From Torpedo marmorata (taxonomy: Eukaryota), in contig OZ360221.1 of assembly GCA_977017645.1 (NCBI GenBank), forward strand, positions 157,418,001 through 157,482,000: a stretch of DNA of 64,000 nt, read 5' to 3'. Position 1 is the stretch's first letter. Every line of letters starts with the position of its first letter. A program made the translations under genes and the position numbers. The notes below the pieces were generated by a model. It ran no database searches. It was not told where the DNA came from and saw nothing but the letters and a program-made list of their open reading frames with translations. Shown in pieces: positions 1 to 11,281 of this stretch.

Positions 1-47
1 AGCTTTGATGATCCACAGAATCATTTCCACTATTGTACTGCCACCTG

Positions 48-775
48 TGGCTCACTGGGAAGCACTCTTGTCTCGAAGTTGGAAATAAACTACTCAGCAT
101 GCCAGTGCAATACTGAGTTCAATGTTCAATCTGAGTTTATTATTATATATATAAGTACAATGTGTATATGCACCGAAATTCTGATTCACTGCCTAAAATA
201 TACCAACTAGAACACTAAATTACCCCAGTATAGAAAGAGATAATAAAAGTAAAGGATAGATGAATAAATAACCATTCACAATTATAGTTCGTGCAAGAAA
301 AAAAGTGGTGTTTTATTCATGCAGACAAGCCTTTTTGGTGGCCCCAGAATAGTTTATGGTTACAGTGGTAAGGGAAGGTTCAAGATGGCTGTTGGATAAA
401 CACTGTTCTTGAACCAGGAGGTGATGGACTTCAGGCTTCTGTACCTTTTGCCTGAAGGGAGCAGTGAGAAGAGATTGTGACCAGGCTGGTGTACTGTTGG
501 AGGTGCTCCCTTTTGGATGAGATGTTAAACTGTTGGTTCTCACAAATATGGCATGGAATCATTTACGTCCACCTGTGTTGGTTCTCACAGATGGATATAA
601 ATGATGCCCTGCCATATTTTGAAGAAGAGCAGGGCATGTTATCGCTGGTATCCTGGGCAATATTTATCGATCATTTTATCCCTTATCAAACATTATTCGA
701 AGAACAGATTGTTTGATTATTATTATGTCATGGAAGTTTGCCATGTGCACAATGGCTACTGAATTTTTGACATTA
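48..775 (+). mobile_element. Ancient Deu-domain SINE (SacSINE1/AmnSINE1-like), split by a Rex1-like fragment at 118-488
   Basis: tRNA-like head GGCTCACTGGGAAGCACTCTTG at ~49 and GCCAGTGCAATACTGAG. Resumes at ~489 with Deu-domain-like TGTTGGAGGTGC..TTTTGGATGAGATGTTAAAC and TTTGAAGAAGAGCAGGG..TCCTGGGCAATATTTATC. Confidence 0.6.
118..488 (-). mobile_element. 3' fragment of an older Rex1/Babar-like LINE subfamily
   Basis: Minus strand encodes PGHNLFSLLPSGKRYRSLKSITSWFKNSVYPTAI, matching the C-terminus of the Rex1 ORF at 1582-4206. The same 3' UTR recurs at 62455-62606. Confidence 0.7.
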
Positions 776-1039
776 TGGCAGTGGCGAGAGAAAAACACCT
801 TCATTGAAAAGCATAAAAAATGCCGAGACTGAAAGTCTGAAATAAAATCAGAAAATACTGGAAATACTCAACAGTAGGGGAAGCAGATTTACTTTTCATC
901 ACAACTAGGCCAAGTTAGAAATCAAACATATTTGAAGTTGCTGAGAATGGGGAGAGCTGGTGAATATCTTTTGAAGGATGGAGACTAAGAAGGATGAAAT
1001 GACACGAAGGTGATGCGCCTGATGAGAGAGGGTGTTGAA

Positions 1040-1265
1040 GGTTTGGACCAGAAAAGAGGCCGTGCAGCTACAGAGGTTACGGGAGCAAAGCAGCCAGCGG
1101 CATCGGAGGAGGTGGTGGGATCTCGAAACACTCAATGTCTCTGAAGGGATACTCCGTTGCTTCTCTTTCTCATCTTGATAGGGGTGCTGGACTAATGACG
1201 CCTCTTTGCATATCTCTGTAGGGAAAACAAAGGAAAACTAATTTTTTATATTCTGTATACATGAT
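1040..1265 (+). mobile_element. Degenerate copy of an unclassified non-coding repeat also at 17563-17870 and 25400-25990
   Basis: GGTTTGGACC..GCAGCTACAGAGGTTACGGGAG..ACACTCAATGTCTCTGAAGGGATACTC..TTGCTTCTCTTTCT aligns by eye with the reverse complement of 17563-17870. Confidence 0.45.
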
Positions 1266-1575
1266 CTTGAATGCTCCCCTGCTCCAAGGAAAAAAACCAA
1301 TTCAGCATATCCAGTCCCTCCTTGTAGCTGAAGTTGGGCTTTGTTGAAACAGTGTAAGAGGCAAAGGGGAGAGAGATCAGCAAGGGAGTAGGAAGGAAAA
1401 TAAAGCGGACAAGTAACTGAAAGTTTTAATTATGGAGTGTCTTTAGAAGGATGTGAAAATTACAATAAAAATCTAAGTCTTTCTTTCTTAGTTCATGTGA
1501 GCAATTCTCAGAGTGTGAAGCTTATGAATTCATAAAATATTCAGTCACTGATAACTTAGTATAGTTTGTTGTATA

Positions 1576-4357
1576 GTCAAGTTGAGACGGGGGGACCTGA
1601 AGCTTCCGCTCCCTACCATCCTCCTAGCCAACGTACAATCCTTGGAGAACAAATTTGATGAACTCCAAGCCAGACTTCAACATCAGAGAGTCATCAGGGA
1701 GTGCTGCGTGATGTGCTTCACAGAAACGTGGCTAAACAAGGACATTCCGGACACGGCGCTACAGCCCAAGGGCTACACACTCCATCGCGCTGACCGAACA
1801 CCGGCGTCTGGAAAAACCAGGGGAGGCGGCGTGTGTGTCATCATCAATTCATCGTGGTGCACAGACGTGATGGTCATGTCCCAGTCCTGCTCCCCCGACC
1901 TAGAACATCTGGCGATCAAGTGTCGCCCATTCTATCTGCCGAGGGAGTTCACCGCCATCATCCTGGTCGCAGTGTACATTCCGCCCCAGGCTAACGTCAG
2001 GCTGGCACTGGAGGGACTGAGCACAGTGATAAACAGCCATGAGACAGCGCATCCTGATGTCTTCCCGATCATTGTGGGAGATTTCAATCAGGCCAATCTG
2101 AAGAAGTCACTGACAAACTACCACCAACACATCACTTGCGAGACCAGGGGAACCAACACACTCGACCAATGCTACACCACCGTGAAGAACGCATACCGAG
2201 CCATACCACGACCGCACTTCGGCAAGTCTGATCACCTGGCTGTACTTCTACTCCCGGCGTACAAGCAGAGACTAAAGACCACAGCAACAGTGGAGAGGAC
2301 AGCGAAAGTGTGGTCAAGGGAGGCGGAGGAGCGTCTGCAGGACTGCTTTGACTCGGTGGACTGGAACATATTCAAGCACTCAGCCATAGACATAAATGAA
2401 TATGCAACAGGTGTCACCGACTTCATCAAGACCTGCGTGGATGAGTGTGTGCCCACGCGCAAATACCGGGTGTTCCCCAACCAGAAGCCCTGGATGAATC
2501 AAAGAATTCGCAACCTGCTGATGACGAGAACAAGGGCGTTTAAAGACGGGGACCGGGATCTTTACAAAAAGTCCAGGCACGACCTGCGGAAGGCCATCTC
2601 TGAAGGAAAGTGGCAATTCCGAAGGAAGCTAGAGACAGAGACAGATACACGCCAGCTATGGCAGGGAGTGCAGGCCATTACAGCCTACAAAACGAGGGCG
2701 AACACTATAGACGGCTGTGATGCTTCACTACCCGATGAGCTGAACACCTTCTATGCCCGCTTTGAGAAGAAGAACAAAACAGTGCCTCATAGAATCCCTG
2801 AGAGGGCAGAGGACCCTGTGATATCTGTCTCTGAGGGCGACGTCAGAACATCATTCAAGAGGGTGAACCCTCGCAAGGCGTCAGGCCCTGACGGCGTACC
2901 TGGCAGGGTATTGAAAATCTGCGCCAACCAACTAGCCGGAGTGTTCACGGACATTTTCAACCTCTCATTGCGGCAGTCAGAGGTTCCCACCTGCTTCAAA
3001 AGGGCATCAATCGTCCCGGTGCCCAAGAAGAGTAGTGTGAGCTGCCTCAACGACTATCGCCCAGTAGCACTAACTTCTACTGTGATGAAATGCTTTGAGA
3101 GGCTGGTCATGGCCAGAATTAACACATACCTAAGCAAAGATCTGGACCCACTGCAATTCGCCTATCGTCACAATCGCTCCACAGCAGATGCAATATCGCT
3201 GGCTCTCCACTCAGCTCTGGATCACCTCGAAAACAGCAATTCATACATACGGCTGCTCTTCATAGACTACAGCTCGGCCTTCAATACCATTATTCCCTCA
3301 GTGCTGGTCAAGAAGCTACAAACTCTAGGCCTCTGTAGCCCCCTCTGCAACTGGATCCTTGACTTTCTCATCGGAAGACCACAGTCAGTACGAATTGGAA
3401 ACAACGTCTCCTCCTCACTGATTATCAACACAGGCGCACCCCAAGGATGCGTGCTTAGTCCACTGCTCTACTCGTTATACACTCATGACTGTGTGGCCAG
3501 GCACAATTCCAATGCCATATACAAGTTTGCCGATGACACCACAGTTGTCGGCAGAATCACAAACGCCAATGAGGAAGCGTACAGGAGGGAGATAGATCAG
3601 CTCATTGAATGGTGTAATGACAACAACCTTGAGCTCAACGTCAGCAAAACCAAGGAGATGATTGTGGACTTCAGGAGGAAGTCAGGGGAACACAACCCAG
3701 TCCTCATCGAGGGCTCAGTCGTGGAGAGGGTCAAGAACTTCAAATTCCTGGGTGTCAACATCTCCGAGGATCTGTCCTGGAGCATCCACGTGGATGCAAT
3801 CACAAAGAAGGCTCGTCAGCGGCTATACTTTGTGAGGCGATTGCGGAGATTCGGTATGTCGCCAAAGTCTCTCGTGAACTTCTACAGGTGTACCGTGGAG
3901 AGCATTCTAGCTGGTTGCATCAATGCCTGGTATGGTGGCGCCAACTCCCAGGACAAGAGCAAACTCCAGAAGGTTGTTAACTCGGCCTGTGACATCACGG
4001 GCACCAAACTTCACTCCATCGAGGACATCTACATGAGGCGATGTCTTAATAAAGCAGCCTCTATCCTCAAGGACCCCCACCACCCAGGCCATGCCCTCTT
4101 CACGCTGCTTCCATCGGGGAAAAGGTACAGGAGCCTAAAGACGAGCACTCAACGGCACAAGGTCAGCTTCTTCCCCGCTGCCATCAGATTCCTGAACAAT
4201 CAATGAACCAAAGACACTAGTGCACTATTGTTTATAATTTTTTTTTATATAGTAATGTCGTTAGAATGGTTAATATTAATGTTAATTGCACTATGATGCT
4301 GCCGCAAAGCACCGAATTTCATGACTTGTTCATGACAATAAATTCTGATTCTGATTG
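1576..4357 (+). mobile_element. Rex1/Babar-clade non-LTR retrotransposon, slightly 5'-truncated, young
   Basis: Single uninterrupted EN+RT ORF and a short 3' UTR ending CATGACAATAAA(TTCTGA)n. Closely similar copies at 10829, 38144 and 62607. Confidence 0.92.
1582..4206 (+). CDS. Rex1/Babar AP-endonuclease + reverse transcriptase ORF (874 aa, no ATG start, N-terminus truncated)
   Basis: APE motifs LANVQSL, FTETWL, VGDFN, TLD, SDH. RT motifs [50 protein letters not shown]. Confidence 0.93.
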   Translation: MRRGDLKLPLPTILLANVQSLENKFDELQARLQHQRVIRECCVMCFTETWLNKDIPDTALQPKGYTLHRADRTPASGKTRGGGVCVIINSSWCTDVMVMSQSCSPDLEHLAIKCRPFYLPREFTAIILVAVYIPPQANVRLALEGLSTVINSHETAHPDVFPIIVGDFNQANLKKSLTNYHQHITCETRGTNTLDQCYTTVKNAYRAIPRPHFGKSDHLAVLLLPAYKQRLKTTATVERTAKVWSREAEERLQDCFDSVDWNIFKHSAIDINEYATGVTDFIKTCVDECVPTRKYRVFPNQKPWMNQRIRNLLMTRTRAFKDGDRDLYKKSRHDLRKAISEGKWQFRRKLETETDTRQLWQGVQAITAYKTRANTIDGCDASLPDELNTFYARFEKKNKTVPHRIPERAEDPVISVSEGDVRTSFKRVNPRKASGPDGVPGRVLKICANQLAGVFTDIFNLSLRQSEVPTCFKRASIVPVPKKSSVSCLNDYRPVALTSTVMKCFERLVMARINTYLSKDLDPLQFAYRHNRSTADAISLALHSALDHLENSNSYIRLLFIDYSSAFNTIIPSVLVKKLQTLGLCSPLCNWILDFLIGRPQSVRIGNNVSSSLIINTGAPQGCVLSPLLYSLYTHDCVARHNSNAIYKFADDTTVVGRITNANEEAYRREIDQLIEWCNDNNLELNVSKTKEMIVDFRRKSGEHNPVLIEGSVVERVKNFKFLGVNISEDLSWSIHVDAITKKARQRLYFVRRLRRFGMSPKSLVNFYRCTVESILAGCINAWYGGANSQDKSKLQKVVNSACDITGTKLHSIEDIYMRRCLNKAASILKDPHHPGHALFTLLPSGKRYRSLKTSTQRHKVSFFPAAIRFLNNQ

Positions 4358-5400
4358 CTTGTGATGAATAGTGTTTGTACAGGTACTGATGGTGAATCCA
4401 CAAATCAAGTTCATTTTTGAATTTCATTATTTTATTCATGAGAATAATGGAAGTTTTAACAGTAAAATAGTGTTCATTGATCAAGTTTTTTCACATTTAA
4501 TGATTAGATAACAAAATCCCAGTTCTGTGTTATGTTCTCTGAACTATAAATAAATAAATATGTTCATTTAATGTGAAGACTTTCAGCACATAAAGAGATA
4601 AAGTCAATTTAAATGACTAAGAATTTTAATGAAAGATTAACTGGAACTTCAGAGGAATTGGATCTCAACTTATGAGCAGTATATACCGGGTATTTAAAAA
4701 AATGAGGAGGCAATATAACTGGAGGTGAAACACTGTTATAGAATATACCTTCATTTACTTACTGATTGTGTAATTGATATCAGCTAGTCCATATAAGATT
4801 CCAGTAATGACATTAAGCCAATAAAAAACAAAACAGTAAGGTAATTAAAATTATGATTGTTAGAAATATGTGGATTCATGAGTGAAGCATTTGTTTGGTT
4901 TTGGGACAATCACATATTTCTGGTCTTGGAATGTTTTCTCTTGCATTCAGTTCTGGATTCCTTCCAGGAATTCCCAACAAGTAATAATTACAATGTCAAA
5001 AGGCAGGGATGAACTTCTACTCTTTAATTATCACATAACCTAAGCACTGATTTTAATTTAAAATTTTAAACTTTAGAACTGACAACACAAAAGGAGGATA
5101 TGATGTGTGCATTGTGGGATTCTGCAAGGAATAGAGTTATTTAAACAAGATGCAAAGGTGTTTAATATAATACATATGGTTCGATAGTGCTCAACCAACC
5201 GACTACTTTGTATAAGGCTACAGAATGTTAGTTTATTTAATATTTAATTAAAACTGTTTAATTGCAATGTTCCAGTGTGGATTGACTGGAGTATATTTTT
5301 CTAATCAAGTGCAGCCATTGCAGTTTGTCCAAATCATTTTAGTTACACATCTGAGAAACAGTTCTATATTATAACATATTTTTATGTTTTTCCATGTAGG

Positions 5401-6083
5401 TGTGGTGTGGATTGTGGAGGGTCATGTGACCTATACGTCTGGAACCTGATCAGAAGGTGGATTGTGGAGGGTCATGTGACCTCTCCAGCGAGCCTGGGAT
5501 CGGAAGTGACCTCACCTGCCAATCAAGGGTTAGATCTGCCTACCTGTGAGGCTGATGTGTGATTGGTCCTTGCAGATGACATGTGATTGGTCCTCTGGGT
5601 GTCAATCAGTTGTTAGATCTGCCCACATGTGAGGCTGACGCGCGATTGGTCTGAACATTGAAATGCCACATGTAGAGCCTACTTGTGCGCTTTTGCTGCT
5701 GAGACCATCACTGAAGTGCAGGATACGGGCTGACTGCGATGGGCCCGTCCCGGATCCCAAGCCGTGGTTGATGCTGGAAACTAGGTTATACTTGTTAGTT
5801 GTAATTAATTTATTTGTATGTGGTATACCGTGCCTGTGGGTGATGCGTGCTGAACAAGTTAAACCCTTGTTTCTCGGTATACTGTGCCTGTGGGAGGTGG
5901 GTACTGAATAAGTTAAACCCTTGTTTCTCGGTATACCATGCCTGTGGGCTGTGTACATCAGTCTGTGTGAGTGTGTGTCCTTTTTTGAATTCCCCTGTTT
6001 GTAAATAAAGACCACTGTTTGTTGATTACACGTATCCAGCCTTGATTCTCTTTGAACCCATCGAACCTATTCTGAACTCATCA
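5401..6083 (+). mobile_element. LTR (~680 bp, TG...CA) of an ERV- or Gypsy-type element, followed by a PBS and truncated leader
   Basis: Starts TGTGG and ends CATCA, with internal direct repeats, several ATTGG (CCAAT) boxes and AATAAA at ~6004. Followed by a TGG-starting PBS. Homologous to the solo LTR at 44395-45075. Confidence 0.8.
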
Positions 6084-6085
6084 TT

Positions 6086-6104
6086 TGGCGCTGCGAGCAG
6101 GGTT
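6086..6104 (+). promoter_or_regulatory. Primer-binding site, tRNA-Ser type
   Basis: TGGCGCTGCGAGCAGGGTT lies 2 nt after the LTR end and is near-complementary to the 3' end of vertebrate tRNA-Ser(CGA/TGA) as recalled. Confidence 0.75.
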
Positions 6105-6538
6105 CAAGGAGTTTCGACTGGACCTGTGTAGTTGCGATGTTTTTGGACAATACTAACCAATTTAACCTTTCCCTGTAACCATCATGCATGTGAGGACTCC
6201 CTGTTGTGTGTGTCCTGTGGTGCCCAAAAAATGTTAAATCTATTCAGTTTCCATGCTCCCCTATACACCTTGGGCCCCCTCTTATTAAGGATTTCAGTCC
6301 GTGGCCCCCCCTTAAATGTGGTGTGGCCCCCAGGGGTGGAGAGGGGGCGGCGTATGGCCTCGTTAGGATTGGCTGCCATAAAGTGATTCTTCTAGTAATA
6401 TGTCGATGGGATTTCTTTGCAATATTTTCATGGTTGTTAGAGCAAAAATTGATTGCACATGCAAAGACTACAATTGTGCATCCTATAATGGATCAGGGTA
6501 TTATTGATGATTACTTTCACATTGCTGCATAAGGGCGG

Positions 6539-6606
6539 GTGTGTGTGTTTGTGTGTGCGTGCGTTTGTGCGTGTGTGTGTGTGCGCACGTGTGTATGTGT
6601 GTGTAC
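6539..6606. repeat. (GT)n/(GCGT)n imperfect microsatellite
   Basis: Directly visible alternating purine-pyrimidine tract. Confidence 0.9.
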
Positions 6607-7254
6607 ACATCCTGACAATTTTGCCATAATTGCAATTGCAAATTAAGACTGACACTTTGAGGAATTAAGCTCAGCAACTGAGCAAAATTTATCTTGCATG
6701 AGTGACTGAAGGCTAATTATGAAAGAATTATTTTTGTTAAATGATACAGTTTATACAGTATCTGCGAATCTTAGATTTTTAAAATTAAACATCTTAGCAG
6801 ATACAATGTTACATTTTTATAACAACTTAAAATGCAGCTGCTAGTAATTTTATTTGCATTTGTGTACTTTTTCCAGAATCTATAGCAGAAAAAACTATAG
6901 ATGTTGGAAATCTGTAAAATAAACAGGGAGTTTATGCTCGAGCTTTATAAAACATTGGTCAGACATCAGCTGCAACACTGCATGCTGTTCTGGTCACCAC
7001 ACTGTAGAAAATGTGATGGCACTGGAGAGGGTGCAAAGGAGATGCACCAGGATGTTGCCTGGGATGGTACATGTCAGTTATGAGAAGAGACTGGAGAGGA
7101 CTTTAGTCTCTTTTCGCTCGAGTGGAGGTGGTTATGAGGGGTCACAATTGAGATTTATAAAATTTTGAAGGGCAAATATACTGTAGATTGCAGGAATCTC
7201 TTCCTCTTCTCAGCTTGTCAAGGGTGAATAAGACTAGAGGACATAGATTTAGAT

Positions 7255-9971
7255 CAGTGGTTTTCAAACTGCCCACCTAAACTCACATTCCACCTTAAGA
7301 ACAGATATTCAAAAGATAATATCGCTAGATTAATTAGTCTAATAAACGTGGCACAAAAAAGAGAAGAACTGTCATTAGTATTAACATTAGATGCCGAAAA
7401 GGCTTTTGATAGATTAGAGTGGAATTATTTATTTAAGGTACTGGAAAAATTTGCTTTTGGAAATACATTCATTAATTGGATTAAAACTATATATAAAGAA
7501 CCGTCTGCTAGAGTGGTCACAAATGGTCAAATATCTTTAAAATTTTCCTTAACCAGGTCTACTAGACAAGGTTGTCCTTTATCGCCAGCATTGTTTATTT
7601 TAGCAATAGAACCTTTAGCCGAATTAATTAGACAAGATAGTAAGATTGCAGGTATTAAAGTTGGTAAGGAAGAACACAAAATTAGTTTATTTGCAGATGA
7701 CGTATTGATATATATGACAAAACCTATTAATTCTCTAACACAATTGTCTGTTTTATTGAAGGAATTTGGGGAAATATCTGGTTACAAGATTAACTCGGAT
7801 AAAAGTGAAATTATGCCTTTAACACAAGGGGACTATAGTGATTGTAAAGAAATTACACAATTTAAATGGTCAAAGGAAGGAATTAAATATTTGGGAATAA
7901 AGATTGATACAAAATTATCCAATTTGTATAAATTAAATTATTTACCATTATTTGTGAATATAAAAAAAGATCTGGAGAGTTGGAAGGATTTACCTATAAC
8001 TCTAATGGGAAGGGTAAATTGTATTAAAATGAATGTTTTTCCGAGAATTCAATATCTTTTTCAATCAATTCCTTATGAAATCCCTCAGAAATTTTTTAAG
8101 GATTTAAATTTAATTATAAGGACATTTTTGTGGAAAGGAAAGTTGGCTAGAGTATGAATGGAGAAATTAACCTGGAATTATGAAATGGGTGGTCTAAAGC
8201 TTCCTAATTTTCAATATTATTATAAAGCAGCCCAACTAAAATTTATTAACGTATTGTTTGATTTAGGGAAGCTCTCTGCTTGGATGAGAATAGAATTAAA
8301 TAATATAGGAGAGGATTTGAAAGAAGAAGTCATTTATAAATGGAATTCTAAATTATTATTAAATAGAGGGAAAAATTCTCCTATTTTTAGGCATTTGTTA
8401 GAAATATGGAATAGAGTGGATAGAGAAATAGGAGCGAAAGGGTCAATTTCTCGAAGAATGCCTCTGTATCAAAATAAACTTATCCCATTTACTGTTGATA
8501 ATCAATTATTTAAAATCTGGTTCCAAAAGGGTATTAAGGAAATAAATGATTGTTTTGAAGCTGGTAAATTTATTACGTTTCAGAGAATGAAAGATAAGTT
8601 TAGTGTAGCAAATAATACAATCTTTGCTTACTATCAAATTAGGGCATTTTTAGTTGAAAGGTTGGGTCATGGTTTGACCTTACCAAGACAGACTGAATTG
8701 GAATTATTAGTTACTAATGGAGGTGTGCCTAAATTTATTTCTCAAATGTACAGATTGTTACAGAGGAAATTTCCTAAAACAGGAATTCATAAATCAAGAT
8801 TAATTGGGAAAAATATTTGAATGTAACAATAGATGAAGAACACTGGAAAAAATTATGTAAACAAAGTATGACGAAGATTATTAATGTTAGATATAGATTG
8901 GTGCAATATAATTTTTTTCATCAATTGTATTTAACGCCTAAAAGACTAAAGAAATTTAATCCGACGTTATCTGGTTTATGTTTTAGATGTAATAGTGAGG
9001 AAGGTTCTTTTGTACACTCCACATGGTTTTGTCCAAAAGTGTATGATTTTTGGTTGAAGGTTAAAAAGTTTTTGGATAGGGTATTGGGAGTTATACTCCC
9101 AATGGATCCTATGATATTTTTGTTTGGAGATATTGAAGGAACCAGTGTTAAAATGAAATTAAATATGTATCAGACAGAATTTTTACGTATTGCTTTAGCT
9201 GTTTCTAAGAAATGTATTGCCATTACATGGAAGTCGGATGTAGATTTAGGGTTGGAAAGATGGCATGCAGAATTGCGTTCATGTATACCACTCGAAAAAA
9301 TTACTTATAATTTACGTGATAAATATCATTTCTTTTTGAAAGTATGGAGCCCATATATAAAAACTGTTGGTTTAAGGATTTGAAGATCTCTGGATATCGG
9401 ATCTGATTGGCGAACCTGTGTTCCACAATTAAAATTAGTTTATAGTTGTTCTTTTTTAGATTGACATTCTCCTTACTTTATCTTTTTCTTCTTCTTTCTT
9501 TCTTTTCGGGAGGGTTAGGGAGGGGAGGGAGGGAGGGAGGGGGGGGGTGAAAATGTATCACATGTAATCTGATAAATTTGCATTTTAAACTATGTACTGT
9601 GTGATTTAAAAATTTTAAATAAAATATTTTTTTTTAAAAGAAATCCCTATGCCATAAGTGCTCTGTGATTAGTAAGGGATTGTTTAAGGTGGGATGTGAG
9701 TGGAAAGAAAAAGGTTTGAAAACCACTGTTTTAATCGTACCTAATTGACTCGTTATGTGCATGGTTTCATAACTCCAAAGGAAATGGGCCAATGACAATT
9801 TTTCTCAAGCAAAATATTTCAGTAACAATTGGGTCTTGAGCAGTGGTTCTCAACCTTCCCTTCCCACTCACATACCACCTTAAGCAATCCCTTACCAATC
9901 ACAGAGCACTTATGGCATAGGGATTGTTTAAGGTGGAATGTGAGTTTAGGGGGGCAGTTTGAATACCACTG
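7255..9971. mobile_element. Non-autonomous hAT element made of two inverted ~130-bp MITE arms and a 112-bp spacer; left arm interrupted by L1
   Basis: Termini CAGTGGTTTTCAAAC / GTTTGAATACCACTG, with a perfect 8-bp TSD ATTTAGAT at 7247-7254 and 9972-9979. Confidence 0.9.
7302..9637 (+). pseudogene. 5'-truncated L1-clade LINE: ORF2 RT and C-terminal zinc finger, with one stop (8155-8157) and one frameshift (~8803)
   Basis: LDAEKAFDR, TRQGCPLSP, LFADD, KYLG, GGLKLP, CFRC..H..W.C. G-rich 3' UTR and AATAAA tail. Probable TSD AAGAA (7297-7301 / 9638-9642) at a TT/AAGAA site. Confidence 0.92.
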
Positions 9972-10828
9972 ATTTAGATTAAGGGGTAAGAGATTTAGAG
10001 AGGATTTGAGGGGACAATTTTCACCCAAAGAGTGGTGAGTACTTCGAATGGACTGCCGGAGAGGGTGGTGGAAGCTGAGTTGCTGACAGCATTGAAGAGG
10101 TGTCAAGATAAACACTTGAATTGCTTTCGGCATTGAAAGCCCCAGGCCAAGTGCTGTAAGATGGCTTCAATACAGATGCTGACCTTCTGATCAGTGTGGA
10201 CATGCAAGGGGAACACCTTACTCGAACCCTAACCCTCCAAAGCTACACAGACTTGGTAAGAGATTGCTTGGGTGGTTTTCATTATATTACATGGGAACAG
10301 TCTCTCTAAACAGTTGTAAATTTGGGAAGGCTACAATGCTAGCAGACACCTGCACCTACTTTATCTACATATGGGCTGAATGAAAATAGATGAGTCTCTG
10401 CTTGAGTACAGACCTTCATTGACCTTTCTTGTATGATAGCGAGCAATAGTCTGTGGCTTGTGGCAGATATCAACAATAATGTCCTGGATTGATGCCAAGG
10501 GCAGGGAGCTGAAAGTGACCATGACTTTGACTTTGGCAACCAAAGAACCCCAGCCCTATACCTGAGACTGCATTTGATATTGATGGCAGCACAGATCTGA
10601 GTGAGGACAAAGAATGCATTTTGTGTGTTGGCCTTTTAAATCGCATGATTTTGAGAGAAATTTAATGAGGAAAGTTGGTTGTCAATAAATGAGAACTGTT
10701 GGCTTCAATCTATTGAGATTGAAAATCTCACTGCAGATGAAGTTACAATTTTGCACTGTTGTTGAAATCACTTGGTGGGGATTATTGCAAGAAAAACAGG
10801 TAAACAAAAATCCCATCAACAAGTCAGC

Positions 10829-11281
10829 CATTCTGGCTGGTTGCATCACTGTCTGGTATGGAGGCACCAAATCTCAGGACAACAAAAAACTCCAGAGGGT
10901 TGTTAACTCGGCCTGCGACATCACAGGCACCAGACTTCACTCCATCGAGGACATTTACATGAGGCGGTGTCTTAAAAAAGCAGTCTCTCTCCTCAAAGAC
11001 CCCCACCACACAGGCCATGCCCTCTTCACTCTGCTACCATCGGAAAAAAGGTACAGGAGCCTAAAGACGAGCACTCAACGGCACAAGGACAGCTTCTTCC
11101 CCGCTCCATCAGATTCCTGAATAACCAAAAAACCAAAGACACTGCCTTACTTTTCGTGCACTATTATTTTTTAAAATATTATTGTTGTAAGATGGTTTAT
11201 AATATGAATGTTTGCACTATGATGCTGCCGCAAAACACCGAATTTCATGACTTGTTCATGACAATAAATTCTGATTCTGAT
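10829..11281 (+). mobile_element. Rex1/Babar 3' fragment
   Basis: Aligns to 3904-4357 and ends AATAAATTCTGATTCTGAT. Confidence 0.9.

Larger units (their letters stand above)
6925..10200 (+). mobile_element. Degenerate CR1 LINE 3' fragment, split by a hAT MITE containing an L1
   Basis: LYKTLVR..L.HC..FWSPH at 6925-7010. ACTAGAGGACATAGATTTAGAT resumes after 9979 as TAAGGGGTAAGAGATTTAGAG..TTTCACCCAAAGAGTGGTG. Confidence 0.8.

Noticed and set aside
5602-6532. Short ORFs over the LTR and leader
   Set aside because: Arise from LTR internal repeats; no gag or other motif recognised.
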